DNA of 37,748 nt from Vulcanimicrobiota bacterium (GCA_022842865.1 JALHOV010000003.1:1-37748), one strand, 5' to 3'; shown: positions 27,205 to 36,810, numbered from the stretch's first letter. Made by a program: numbers and translations. Notes: generated from the sequence alone by a model not told the origin.

Positions 27205-27447
27205 CTACAGCCCTTCATCGTCCAGCAAGCGGTCGACGATTTCTTTGGTCACGACCACCCCTCGCGGAGGCAGGGGGCGGAACCCATAAAATTCGCTCTC
27301 GCCTTCCCCTGCAACCATCCCCTGGTTTTGGAGCGCTCGCCGAGCCAATTCAGAAATCACCTCGCCACAGGACTTCTTCTCCCGGCGGGCCATCTCACGA
27401 GCCGCGAAGAGTACGTCGTCGGCGATGTCCAAAGTGGTGCGCATCAT
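27205..27447 (-). CDS. vapB: VapB/CopG-like RHH antitoxin
   Basis: MRTTLDIADDVLFAARE..GEVISELARRAL. Abuts the PIN toxin gene. Confidence 0.88.
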   Translation of the reverse strand: MMRTTLDIADDVLFAAREMARREKKSCGEVISELARRALQNQGMVAGEGESEFYGFRPLPPRGVVVTKEIVDRLLDDEGL

Positions 27448-27468
27448 CTGATGCTAGCACATCAGATG
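27445..27468. promoter_or_regulatory. vapBC operator-like palindrome
   Basis: CATCTGATG-ctagca-CATCAGATG with perfect 9-bp arms, overlapping the antitoxin start codon. Confidence 0.65.
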
Positions 27469-27953
27469 CGCCTCGACAACTGGTCGACCCGCTTGAGCAG
27501 GGTGGGCAGGCGGTAAGGTCCGTGCATCGACAGCACCCGCTCGGCGGCCTTCTCTGCATCCATTCCGCAACTGGTCACCCACAGCGGTTTGCTGCCCCAG
27601 CGACTCACCGGCAGTCCCGGCTCGCCATGGAAGGCGCGTTTGGCCACGCCGACCACCCAGCTTCTACCGCCCAGAGCCTCATAAAGATAGGCTCCCAGGC
27701 CCGGACGCTCGACTCCGAGCCAGCAGAATCCGTCCACCACCACGCCGTCCACGGGGAGCGGCAGGCTTTCCAGGGTCCTCAGCAGCGCAGGCAGTTCGCG
27801 CCGGTAAAAAGCACCCGGTTCATACGCAGCCCCACCCTCCGAGCGCAGGCGCCCCTCGTGCAGAGGCGTGGCGTCCTGCCAGTCCTGAAAGATCAACCAG
27901 CCGGTCTGGGCGTGGTCGTCCCGATAGTCGACGTCGAGGCAAGCGATGTGCAT
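27462..27953 (-). CDS. nfi: endonuclease V (short form)
   Basis: LDVDY, YEPGAFYRRELP, VVVDG, GVAK and YRLPTLLKRVD. Confidence 0.85.
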   Translation of the reverse strand: MHIACLDVDYRDDHAQTGWLIFQDWQDATPLHEGRLRSEGGAAYEPGAFYRRELPALLRTLESLPLPVDGVVVDGFCWLGVERPGLGAYLYEALGGRSWVVGVAKRAFHGEPGLPVSRWGSKPLWVTSCGMDAEKAAERVLSMHGPYRLPTLLKRVDQLSRRI

Positions 27954-28019
27954 CGCAGCATTCTACCCCAAACGCTCAAGGGGGGATTCTCCGAACGGCT
28001 TGCAGAACCGGTGTTCTGG

Positions 28020-29312
28020 ATGCAGCAAAAGACACAACTGAGTAATGGCTTAACCGTGGTCAGCGAGCGCGTTCCCGAACTGCGCTCCTGCAGTCTGGGA
28101 ATCTGGTGTGGCGCCGGTTCCCGCTTTGAAACCGACCAGCATGCCGGGCTCTCCCATTTCTTGGAACACATGTTTTTCAAGGGCACCCGGTCGCGCACGG
28201 CCTACGATATCGCCGTCACCATGGACTCCGTGGGCGGCCAACTCAACGCTTTCACCGATCGCGAGCACACCTGTTACTACGCGCGCGTGATGGATCGTCA
28301 CATGCCCATGGCGCTGGACATTCTTTCCGACATGGTCAACCATTCGCTCTTCGAAAACGAGGAGATTGAGCGCGAGAAGGGGGTTGTGCTCGAAGAGATC
28401 AAGATGTACGAAGACACCCCTGACGATCAGGTCTTCGAACTCTTCAATCGCGCCTTCTATCAAAAGCATTCGCTGGGCCGCCCTATCATCGGCTATTCTT
28501 CTCGGGTCAACTCGCTGACTCGTCAGGACCTGGTCGATTACGTCGAGCAGCGCTACCATCCGGGGAATCTGATGATCGCCGCGGCCGGCCAGCTCGATCA
28601 CGACCAGCTGGTGGAACTGGTGGAAAAGCACTTCCGCGGCGCTCGCTCCAACGGAGGGAGTCCCCCCAGCAACCCCGCTCCCACGCCCCATCAGCACCAG
28701 TCCGTTTATCACAAAGCCTGTGAACAGACCTACTTGTGCTTGGGAGCCCCCGGCATCGCTTATGTTGACCCTCGCCGCTACACCATGCTGGTGCTCGACA
28801 GTGTGCTGGGCGGCTGCATGTCGTCCCGGCTTTTTCAAGAGATTCGCGAAAAACGCGGCCTGGTATATTCGGTGAGCACGATTCAGACCGCCCTTTCTGA
28901 CTGCGGTTCTTTTGGCGTTTTTGCTGGCACCAGCGCAGAGAAAGTGCCCGAGGTCCTGAAGGTCTCCCGCGATATCTTTGCCGATGTCGGCGCCAACGGC
29001 ATCACCGATGAGGAGTTGGAGCGCGCCAAGGAGTTGCTCAAAGGCGCCCTGGCCCTCAATTTGGAGTCGACCTCCAGCCGCATGATGCGCATCGCCCGCA
29101 ACAACCTTTACTTTGGACGCTTCGTGCCGGTCGAGGAGACCATCGAGAAGATTGACGCCGTGAGTCATGCCGAGGTCAAAGAACTGGCCGCCTGGCTGCT
29201 CGACCCGGCCCGCTATTCGCTGGCCGCCCTCGGGCCCGTGGCCGAAATTGATGGAATCAAAGCTCAACCTTTACCCGAATCCTACGCACTGACTGGAAAG
29301 AATGCGCTATGA
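28020..29312 (+). CDS. M16 family zinc peptidase
   Basis: LSNGLTV, HFLEHMFFKGT (HxxEH), NAFT and SSRLFQEIREKRGLVY. The real start is ATG 28020. Confidence 0.95.
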   Translation: MQQKTQLSNGLTVVSERVPELRSCSLGIWCGAGSRFETDQHAGLSHFLEHMFFKGTRSRTAYDIAVTMDSVGGQLNAFTDREHTCYYARVMDRHMPMALDILSDMVNHSLFENEEIEREKGVVLEEIKMYEDTPDDQVFELFNRAFYQKHSLGRPIIGYSSRVNSLTRQDLVDYVEQRYHPGNLMIAAAGQLDHDQLVELVEKHFRGARSNGGSPPSNPAPTPHQHQSVYHKACEQTYLCLGAPGIAYVDPRRYTMLVLDSVLGGCMSSRLFQEIREKRGLVYSVSTIQTALSDCGSFGVFAGTSAEKVPEVLKVSRDIFADVGANGITDEELERAKELLKGALALNLESTSSRMMRIARNNLYFGRFVPVEETIEKIDAVSHAEVKELAAWLLDPARYSLAALGPVAEIDGIKAQPLPESYALTGKNAL

Positions 29313-30127
29313 ACACCGAAGACCAGATTCCCGTCATGGTGGCGGGCGCCAATGGCAAAATGGGGCGGGAAGTTGTCCAGACGGTTCTGCAGCAAGTTGA
29401 CCTGAGACTGGTTTCTGCGCTGGGCCACACACGCGGCGTGGGCGAGGATGTCGGCACCATGACCCAGGGCGAGCCGTGCGGCGTGTTCCTGAGCGATAAC
29501 GTCGAGGAATGCACTTCCAAGGCCGCCGGCGGTGTGCTGGTCGATTTTACGTTGGGACCGGCCGTCAAGGACATCGTTCTCTCGGCGTTGCGCCACAACA
29601 TGTCGTGTGTGGTGGGCACCACCGGCCTGCCGCCCACGGATATGGCCGAAATTGAAGAAACCGCCCGCAACCACAATCAATCGGTGTTGCTGGCTCCCAA
29701 CTTCGCACTGGGCGCCGTGCTGATGATGAAATTCGCCCGCGAGGCCTCCAAGTATTTCCGCTGGGCCGAAATTATCGAGCTTCACCACGAGAAAAAGATG
29801 GACGCTCCCAGCGGCACCGCCCGGCGCACCGCTGAAATGATGCGCAAAGCTCGCAGCGACGGCTTCCGGGCCATGGCTCAAGAAGAGGAGTCGGTGAAAG
29901 GCTGCCGCGGCGGATCGATCGGAGGCGTCAGAATTCACTCCGTGCGCATGCCCGGCCTATTGGCTCACCAGCAGGTCATGTTCGGCAGCCACGGCGAGAC
30001 ACTTCTCATACAGCACGACGCCCGCGCCCGCAACGCCTACATGCCGGGTGTGATGCTGGCTATTCAACGCGTCCGCAACCTCACCGGCCTGGTCGAAGGC
30101 CTCGAACACATCCTCGACCTCCCCTAG
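29309..30127 (+). CDS. dapB: 4-hydroxy-tetrahydrodipicolinate reductase
   Basis: GANGKMG, VVGTTG, APNF and EIIELHHEKKMDAPSGTA. Confidence 0.96.
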   Translation: MNTEDQIPVMVAGANGKMGREVVQTVLQQVDLRLVSALGHTRGVGEDVGTMTQGEPCGVFLSDNVEECTSKAAGGVLVDFTLGPAVKDIVLSALRHNMSCVVGTTGLPPTDMAEIEETARNHNQSVLLAPNFALGAVLMMKFAREASKYFRWAEIIELHHEKKMDAPSGTARRTAEMMRKARSDGFRAMAQEEESVKGCRGGSIGGVRIHSVRMPGLLAHQQVMFGSHGETLLIQHDARARNAYMPGVMLAIQRVRNLTGLVEGLEHILDLP

Positions 30128-30882
30128 CGGGACCCGGGGCGCAATTCCAGCACCAGCTGGTAGAACGTGAAGACTTGCGGCGAAACGTAGTGGTCGATTA
30201 CATCGCGCACGAACTCCGGGCGGCGCGCCGCCGGCACCTGGCCGTGCCAGTTGACCATGGTGGTGTGGCCCCAGTGCTCGAAGGCCTCGCGGGATTCGAA
30301 GTCCCAGTGTTTCTGGTCGAGGCGATGCTCCACCACTTCCAGGCCAGACTGGGCGGCCCACTCCCGCACCTGCTCCAGGGTGGGATGGCAGAACGGTTTG
30401 GTGTAGCCTTCAAAATGGGAGATCCACTGAGGTAAGCCGCGCACGTCTTCCATGAAATCTTCCAGCGATTTCTGCGGGCCGGCACCCACCAGGCGCAGGT
30501 GGGCCTGGCCTTTGGGCTTTAAACAAGCCGCCAGAGTTGCAAAAACCTGGGGCTGCTCGGCCTCGGGAATCCAGTGCAGCGCATTGAAAGACACAATGCG
30601 ATCCACCGTGGAATTGAGTCGGAAAGTACGCGCATCTCCCTGATAGAAACTGAGATTGTCCAGGCGATGGTGCTCGCGGGCGAAGTCCACCATCGACTCG
30701 GAGTAGTCGACTCCCACCGCCTGCGCCACCAGGGGAGCAATTTGGGCGGTGATCTTGCCGTCGCCGCAGCCCAGGTCGAGGACCTCGTCGCGATGGCGCC
30801 ATTGGAGTTGGGCCAGACTCTCTTCCGCCAGCCATTTCTGCAGGCCCGAGATGGCCGCATACCCTTCCCCGCTCCACTCCAT
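30124..30882 (-). CDS. class I SAM-dependent methyltransferase (trans-aconitate methyltransferase-like)
   Basis: VLDLGCGDGKIT, GVDYS and SFNALHW. Start ATG 30882 overlaps the upstream TAA. Confidence 0.9.
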   Translation of the reverse strand: MEWSGEGYAAISGLQKWLAEESLAQLQWRHRDEVLDLGCGDGKITAQIAPLVAQAVGVDYSESMVDFAREHHRLDNLSFYQGDARTFRLNSTVDRIVSFNALHWIPEAEQPQVFATLAACLKPKGQAHLRLVGAGPQKSLEDFMEDVRGLPQWISHFEGYTKPFCHPTLEQVREWAAQSGLEVVEHRLDQKHWDFESREAFEHWGHTTMVNWHGQVPAARRPEFVRDVIDHYVSPQVFTFYQLVLELRPGSR

Positions 30883-31832
30883 TACGAGACCGTGAAGCGC
30901 ACGCGGCGCACCGAGTTGTTTTCGTAGCCCTGGCTGTTCCACTCGGCTTGCATGGGCTGCTCATTCCCCCGAGCGTCACGCGAAATAGCGTAAGCCTCGT
31001 GTTCTCCCTTGGCTAGCTCCACTCGGGCGGAGAAACCGCGCCAGGCAAACGGCCCGCGATCCTCTGCCAGCTCCACCGGAATCTCGCTTCCGTCTACCAC
31101 CACCCGCACGGAGGAGACCGGAGCGAATCCGCTCCAGGCCCAGCCGCGTACGATCACTGCTCCCGAGACGGACTCTTCATCCTGGGGCGAGACGATCATC
31201 GCCCGGGTCAGCATGGTCGAGACCGGCCGGGCCGGACCCGACACCGGCTTGAACTGATAGTCCTCGACCTGATAGTAGCCCTCAAAAGGCGTCGAAGTCG
31301 GCCGAATTTCCGTCAACCACTTGACCGAGGCCATGGCGTAGTAGCGTGGCACAATCAGGCGCAGCGGACCGCCGTGGGCGACTTGGAGTGGCTCATCGTT
31401 CATGCTGTAAGCCACCAGCAGCGCCGGATCGTAGCAGTCCTGCAGCGGGAGGCTGCGCGCGTATTCCACGTCTCCCCCCTGAAACACCAACTCCACAGTT
31501 CCCTCAGGAGGAGGCGCAAGCTTTAGCAATTCGGGTAAAGGCACGCCCGTCCAGGCGGCATTGGAAACGCCCCGCCAGCCCCAGGCCGTGCCCGGCGGTA
31601 GGGGGTCCATAAACAGGCGGCCGTTGCCGGCGCACTCCAGGGTCACCTCGTGGCGCAAGACCGGCAGATTACGCAACTGCTCCAGGCTGAAGACGCGCCC
31701 ACACACCTGAAGCTCATCGGCAATCAGCGGAAACTCATAGTGGTTGCGGTTAAAAAAGTGCGGCGTGATCGGCTCGCGGAAGTCTTCCCAGGAGGGCTCG
31801 GCGTTCAATGGGCTTTGCGTAACAACGTTCAT
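30882..31832 (-). CDS. sulfite-oxidase-family molybdoenzyme (no signal peptide)
   Basis: FFNRNH, TLECAGNGR, WTGVPL and HGGPLRLIVP..SVKWL, plus a C-terminal dimerisation domain (GWAWSG, FAWR, WNSQGYENN). Confidence 0.92.
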   Translation of the reverse strand: MNVVTQSPLNAEPSWEDFREPITPHFFNRNHYEFPLIADELQVCGRVFSLEQLRNLPVLRHEVTLECAGNGRLFMDPLPPGTAWGWRGVSNAAWTGVPLPELLKLAPPPEGTVELVFQGGDVEYARSLPLQDCYDPALLVAYSMNDEPLQVAHGGPLRLIVPRYYAMASVKWLTEIRPTSTPFEGYYQVEDYQFKPVSGPARPVSTMLTRAMIVSPQDEESVSGAVIVRGWAWSGFAPVSSVRVVVDGSEIPVELAEDRGPFAWRGFSARVELAKGEHEAYAISRDARGNEQPMQAEWNSQGYENNSVRRVRFTVS

Positions 31833-31881
31833 AACGGGCGGTTCTCGACCAGGATCGAAGTGCCCTTTGCCCGGGAGCGGT

Positions 31882-32697
31882 CTACTTCATCGGAGAAAAG
31901 ACTTGAATCGTCGACACGGAGTCGCCGGCCAGATAGAAGGCGATGCCGCGTTTGGGGTAGATCAGGTTGCCCCCGGTGGTGTCGGGAGCCTTGCCATAGA
32001 TCTTGAGCACCTCGGCTTTGGAACTGCCCGCCTTGAGCCCTTTGGGCGAAATGTAGTCGCCGGTGGTGATGGTGATGGCCATCACCTGGCCGTTGCCCAC
32101 CAGCACGCTCACGAACTTGTCGGGCCAGCTGTAGTTTTTGCCGTCCTTTTTGGGCGCGGCGCCCCAGGCGGATTCGACGTCCGCCACGGCCATCCCGACC
32201 TTCAGGTCGCCGCAGCGTCTGCCGGCCACAATTAGACGATCGCCCTGCAGCGCGGATTGGGCCTCGGCCTTGAAGATGAAGACGCGCTCCACTTTGCCGC
32301 CAGAGTCATAGGCGAAGCCGATGCCGTTGGGATAGGCCACCTGCTGGGGACCGCGCTGGAGCCCGGGCCCTAGAGCCGACTGGACCTGGGAAACGCTGCT
32401 GCCAATGCCCAAACCGCTGGCCATTTTGGCGTTAGCCGACCAGGTGGTGATGCCCAGCACTTTTTTCTTGCCATTGATCAACAGCAAGACATCGCCTTTG
32501 TAGGTCTTCAGGCTGCTCTCCGGGTCGCTCTCGCTGGCTTTTGAAGAGACGGGAGCGCCGAGAGCTGCCTCAGCTTCCGCCTGGTTCTGATTGAGGACGA
32601 CGGGCCCGTAGCCGGTGCCGGGCTTCAATTGCCAATTCTGGGCGCCAACCATGCAGGGGATCAGCAGGAGTAGGACAAGGAATAAACGTTGCGTCAT
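31882..32697 (-). CDS. secreted protein with internal duplication
   Basis: Signal peptide [19 protein letters not shown]. Repeated units [23 protein letters not shown] and [24 protein letters not shown]. Confidence 0.75.
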   Translation of the reverse strand: MTQRLFLVLLLLIPCMVGAQNWQLKPGTGYGPVVLNQNQAEAEAALGAPVSSKASESDPESSLKTYKGDVLLLINGKKKVLGITTWSANAKMASGLGIGSSVSQVQSALGPGLQRGPQQVAYPNGIGFAYDSGGKVERVFIFKAEAQSALQGDRLIVAGRRCGDLKVGMAVADVESAWGAAPKKDGKNYSWPDKFVSVLVGNGQVMAITITTGDYISPKGLKAGSSKAEVLKIYGKAPDTTGGNLIYPKRGIAFYLAGDSVSTIQVFSPMK

Positions 32698-32788
32698 TGA
32701 GGCTTCTTTTGGGGGAAAGGGGATTTTCCCCCCGGGAGCAAAGGCGCGGCTTCCAATCCCACCTACGATTCCAAGGAGTAAGCGACTT

Positions 32789-34035
32789 ATGGCTGGAGAG
32801 AAAATTAGCATCAAAGACGGCGTTCTGACTGTGCCGGATCATCCCATCATCCCCTTCGTGATCGGGGACGGAACGGGTCCTGACATTTGGAAGTCCTCGG
32901 TACGGGTGCTCGACGCGGCTGTGGAAAAAGCTTACGGCGGCAAGCGCAAGATCGAATGGAAAGAAGTCTATGCCGGCGAGTTGGCCCACAAAAAATTCGA
33001 CAACTGGCTACCTGACGAGACGGTTGAAGCCTTCCGCGAGTACCTGGTTGGTATCAAAGGCCCCCTGACCACCCCGGTCGGAGGTGGCATCCGCTCCCTC
33101 AACGTGGCCCTGCGCCAGATGCTTGATCTCTACACCTGTCTGCGCCCTGTGCGCTACTTTGCCGGCACCCCCTCGCCCGTCAAATCGCCCGAGAAGGTCG
33201 ATATGGTGATCTTCCGAGAGAACACCGAGGACATCTACGCCGGCATCGACTTCGAAGCCGGCAAAGAGAAGGCTATGAAGATCCTTGAGTTTCTCAAGAA
33301 AGAAATGCCAGCGGACTTCAAGAAAATTCGTTACGGCGCGGAGGATATTGCCAGCGTGGGAGTTGGCATCAAGCCGGTCTCCCGCCACGGCACCGAGCGT
33401 CTGGTGCGCTCGGCCATCGATTATGCCGTCAAGCACAACAAAAAGAGCGTAACCTTCGTGCACAAGGGCAACATTATGAAATACACGGAAGGCGCCTTCC
33501 GCGACTGGGGCTACGACCTGGCCAAGAAAGAGTACGGCGCGGTGGAAATCGATGGTGGACCCTGGTGCAAGCTGCCGAACGGCTGCATCATCAAGGATGC
33601 CATCGCCGACATCACCCTGCAGCAGGTGCTGACCCGTCCCGAGGACTTTGACGTGATCGCCACCTTGAACCTGAACGGCGACTACCTGTCCGACGCTCTG
33701 GCGGCCCAGGTGGGCGGAATCGGTATCGCGCCCGGCGGCAACATCAACTACATCACCGGCCACGCCATCTTCGAAGCCACCCACGGCACCGCCCCAAGTA
33801 TGCCGATCTGGACAAGGTGAATCCCGGCTCGGTCGTTCTCTCGGGCGAGATGATGTTGCGCTACCTGGGCTGGGGCGAAGCCGCCGACCTGGTCATTGCC
33901 GGCCTGGATGGCGCCATCGCCTCCAAGCGCGTGACCTACGACTTTGCCCGCCTGATGCAGGGAGCCACCGAGATCAAGTGCTCTGAGTTCGGCGACAACA
34001 TTATCGGTCACATGACCACCAAGGCCGCCGTCTGA
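32789..34035 (+). CDS. icd: NADP-dependent isocitrate dehydrogenase, 1-bp frameshift at 33792-33795 (415 aa if repaired)
   Basis: [38 protein letters not shown] and [17 protein letters not shown] continues as [12 protein letters not shown] in another frame. Confidence 0.93.
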
Positions 34036-34070
34036 GCCGACGCAGCTTACTGGTCCTTCTGGCCTGGCTG

Positions 34071-34700
34071 GTGGGAGTAGCGGGTTTCGCCTGCTACTCC
34101 CATTTGATTCAGCAGTCCCCGCTGCAGATCTTCAAGTCATGGGTCCAGTGGATGGCAACCAATCCGGCCGGTCCGGCGGTTTTCATCTTCGCCTTCTGTC
34201 TCAGGCCTCTGACCTTGTTGCCGGCAGCCCTGTGCAACCTGGCCGCCGGTTATTGCTTCGGAGCGGCCTGGGGCTGTTTGTGGGCTCATCTGGCCGGCAC
34301 GGTGGCGGCGGCCCTCTTTTACGGGATTGGACGCTGGATGGGACTGCGCACCGGAATGGCACGCTGGCTCGATTGGTCGATCAACATGTTGCGCACTCAC
34401 GGAGTGCTTTCGGTGGTAGTTCTGCGCTGGTGCTTTCTCCCTTACGACCCGGTCAGTTACCTGGGGGGAGCCCTCCGTTTACCGCTGTTTCGCTTTCTTT
34501 TAGCCAGTTTTGTAGGCAATTTGCCGGGTACTACTTCGGTGGTTCTGCTCGGGGCCTCTCTTGAAGGCCAGTTTGAGGGCGGAAATGTTTCGCTAAATTG
34601 GCGTTTGCTGGCTGCCAGTTGGGTAATGTTAATAACAATGCTCGGCATGGGTCGGTGGCTGCGCCGTCGAGTCGTCCCGGACGCCAAAAAGGATGAATAG
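34071..34700 (+). CDS. TVP38/TMEM64 (DedA/VTT-domain) membrane protein
   Basis: RPLTLLPA..AGYCFG, LRWCFLPYDPVSY and GNLPG. The start may lie further upstream at CTG 34032. Confidence 0.85.
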   Translation: MGVAGFACYSHLIQQSPLQIFKSWVQWMATNPAGPAVFIFAFCLRPLTLLPAALCNLAAGYCFGAAWGCLWAHLAGTVAAALFYGIGRWMGLRTGMARWLDWSINMLRTHGVLSVVVLRWCFLPYDPVSYLGGALRLPLFRFLLASFVGNLPGTTSVVLLGASLEGQFEGGNVSLNWRLLAASWVMLITMLGMGRWLRRRVVPDAKKDE

Positions 34701-34711
34701 CAAGGAGCCTC

Positions 34712-36466
34712 ATGTCCATCACGTCTTCCGACACCCAGGTCTTCCCCGGTGGAGCCTTCCTCACCAACGATTTTTCCGTAGCCGATCTGCTCACGCCCGA
34801 TAATCTCAGCGAAGAACATCGCATGATCTCTCAGACGGCCGAGCGTTTTATGGTCGAACGAGTCATGGCCAACGCTGATAAAATCGAAAAGAAAGACCAC
34901 GAAATGCTCAAGACCGTGTTGCGCGAGTCGGCCGAACTGGGTCTGTTGGGCGCCGAGATTCCCGAGGAATACGGCGGAACCGGACTGGACCTGCTATCCA
35001 CCATGCTCATCACCGAGCAGATCGCTCGCCTGGCCTCGTTCTCCGTTTCCTTCGGCGGCCACTCGGGCATCGGCACCGCTCCGGTGCGTTACTTTGGCAG
35101 CGAAGAGCAGAAGCAGAAATGGTTGCCCAAGCTGGCTGCATGCGAAGTCATCTCCTGCTACGCCCTGACTGAGAACCACTCTGGTTCGGACGCGCTGGCC
35201 GCCCGCACCAAGGCCGTCCTCAGCGAAGACGGAACCCACTACGTGCTCAACGGCAGCAAAATGTGGATCACCAACGGCGGCATCGCCGACCTGTCCATGG
35301 TCTTTGCCAAGGTCGACGGCAAACACTTCACCTGTTTCGTGGTCGAGACCAACACCGAAGGCTTCGCGGCTTCCGCCGAAGAGCACAAAATGGGTCTGCA
35401 CGGCTCCTCCACCACCGCCCTGACCCTGGAGAACGTCAAAGTTCCCGTGGAAAACCTGGTCGGTGAAATCGGCAAGGGCCACAAAATTGCCCTGAACGTG
35501 CTCAACCTGGGCCGCTTCAAGTTGGGCGCCTGGTGCGCCGCCGCCGCCAAATACGCTCTCAACGACGCCATCAGCTACTCCAAGGACCGCCACCAGTTCG
35601 GCAAGTCCATCAGTGAGTTCGGCGCCATCCGTTTCAAGCTGGCCCAAATGGCCGTGCGCTGCTGGGTGGGCGATGCCATGAACTACCGCACCGCCGGCAT
35701 GATTGAGACGTCTCTGGGCAAGACCGACGAGAAGGACTCGGTGGCCGCCCTTAAGGCCATCGAGGAATATGTGGCCGAGTGCTCCATCCTCAAAGTGGCC
35801 TGCTCGGAATACCTCGATTACGTGGTCGACGAAGCCGTGCAGATTCACGGCGGCTACGGCTATTCGGCCGAGTACGCAGTCGAGCGCCACTATCGCGACT
35901 CGCGCATCAACCGCATCTTCGAGGGAACCAACGAGATCAACCGTCTCACCATCACTGGTTCGATCCTGAAGAAGGCCATGTCGGGCAAGCTTAATCTGGC
36001 CGGCGGCGTCGTCGAAGTGGACAGCGCGGTTCTCACCGCCGAGAAGAAAATGGTTGGGAATGCCAAGAAGGCCGCCCTGCTGGCCGCCGGCACCGCCATT
36101 CAGACCATCGCTGCCGACAACCCGGAAGAGAAGCACCAGGAAACCCTGATGCGCATCGCCGATCTGGCCATCGAGGTCTTCGCTATGGACAGCGCCTGGC
36201 TGCGCGCCGCCAAGCAGGCTGGCGAAAAGGGTGAGGACAAGATGGAACTCCAGAAAGACATCCTCAACGTCTTCCTGGTCGATTCCACCACCCGTCTCTG
36301 GACCAACGCTCGCCAACTGCTGGCCAACCTGCTGCCGGCGGGCGAGGCCCTGCAGAAGACGATCGGCAAGATCGACTTCCTGGTCGGCGCCCCCCCCGCC
36401 AACACCCAACTGCCGCTGCAGCGCATCGCCGCCAAGCTGCTCGACGCCGGCAAATACACCGCCTAG
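34712..36466 (+). CDS. acyl-CoA dehydrogenase (long form with C-terminal extension)
   Basis: YALTE..GSDA, LNGSKMWITN, KMGLHGSST, QIHGGYG and YRDSRINRIFEGTNEI. AAGGAG RBS. Confidence 0.96.
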   Translation: MSITSSDTQVFPGGAFLTNDFSVADLLTPDNLSEEHRMISQTAERFMVERVMANADKIEKKDHEMLKTVLRESAELGLLGAEIPEEYGGTGLDLLSTMLITEQIARLASFSVSFGGHSGIGTAPVRYFGSEEQKQKWLPKLAACEVISCYALTENHSGSDALAARTKAVLSEDGTHYVLNGSKMWITNGGIADLSMVFAKVDGKHFTCFVVETNTEGFAASAEEHKMGLHGSSTTALTLENVKVPVENLVGEIGKGHKIALNVLNLGRFKLGAWCAAAAKYALNDAISYSKDRHQFGKSISEFGAIRFKLAQMAVRCWVGDAMNYRTAGMIETSLGKTDEKDSVAALKAIEEYVAECSILKVACSEYLDYVVDEAVQIHGGYGYSAEYAVERHYRDSRINRIFEGTNEINRLTITGSILKKAMSGKLNLAGGVVEVDSAVLTAEKKMVGNAKKAALLAAGTAIQTIAADNPEEKHQETLMRIADLAIEVFAMDSAWLRAAKQAGEKGEDKMELQKDILNVFLVDSTTRLWTNARQLLANLLPAGEALQKTIGKIDFLVGAPPANTQLPLQRIAAKLLDAGKYTA

Positions 36467-36472
36467 CTCTGT

Positions 36473-36664
36473 AGCCGGCCAATTCGCTGGAAGTTTGCGC
36501 AGCAAACGCCGGAGTTTTCTCTCAGGAAAACTCCAAAGCCGGCCAATTCGCTGGAAGTTTGCGCAGCAAACGCCGGAGTTTTCTCTCAGGAAAACTCCAA
36601 AGCCGGCCAATTCGCTGGAAGTTTGCGCAGCAAACGCCGGAGTTTTCTCTCAGGAAAACTCCAA
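36473..36664. repeat. three identical tandem 64-bp units, each with two hairpins (REP/BIME-like)
   Basis: Unit AGCCGGCCAATTCGCTGGAAGTTTGCGCAGCAAACGCCGGAGTTTTCTCTCAGGAAAACTCCAA starts at 36473, 36537 and 36601. Confidence 0.95.
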
Positions 36665-36697
36665 AGCCCCCGGTTCTCGCGAGCCGGGGGCTTTTTT
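36663..36697 (+). terminator. rho-independent terminator
   Basis: AAAGCCCCCGGTTC-tcgc-GAGCCGGGGGC followed by TTTTTT, downstream of the acyl-CoA dehydrogenase. Confidence 0.9.
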
Positions 36698-36781
36698 CAT
36701 GTCCGGTCCCCCCGGTCTGGCCTGGCGCCACCCGTGGTGGTGTGCACTGCTTACCCCTGATGGTGGCCTCTTTGCCGGGAA

Positions 36782-36810
36782 TTGCACAAAAATACAAATG
36801 TTACCATTTG
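36782..36810 (+). promoter_or_regulatory. AT-rich putative promoter with overlapping inverted repeat
   Basis: Extended -10-like TGtTACCAT (36799-36807) inside CAAATG-ttac-CATTTG (36795-36810). Confidence 0.35.

Noticed and set aside
25122-27953. recN + PIN + endonuclease V as a novel defence system
   Set aside because: Each is an ordinary family, recN is convergent with the others, and vapBC looks like an independent insertion.
27195-28019. N-terminal extension making a 705-aa M16 peptidase
   Set aside because: It overlaps vapB and nfi on the opposite strand. Peptidase homology starts at ATG 28020.
33785-33825. Programmed ribosomal frameshift in icd
   Set aside because: No slippery heptamer or stimulator is evident, and a homopolymer error is the simpler explanation.
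34994-36610. 538-aa minus-strand ORF
   Set aside because: Antisense shadow of the strongly codon-biased acyl-CoA dehydrogenase, with no motifs.
36473-36664. CRISPR array
   Set aside because: The units are identical end to end with no variable spacers, and no cas genes are in the window.
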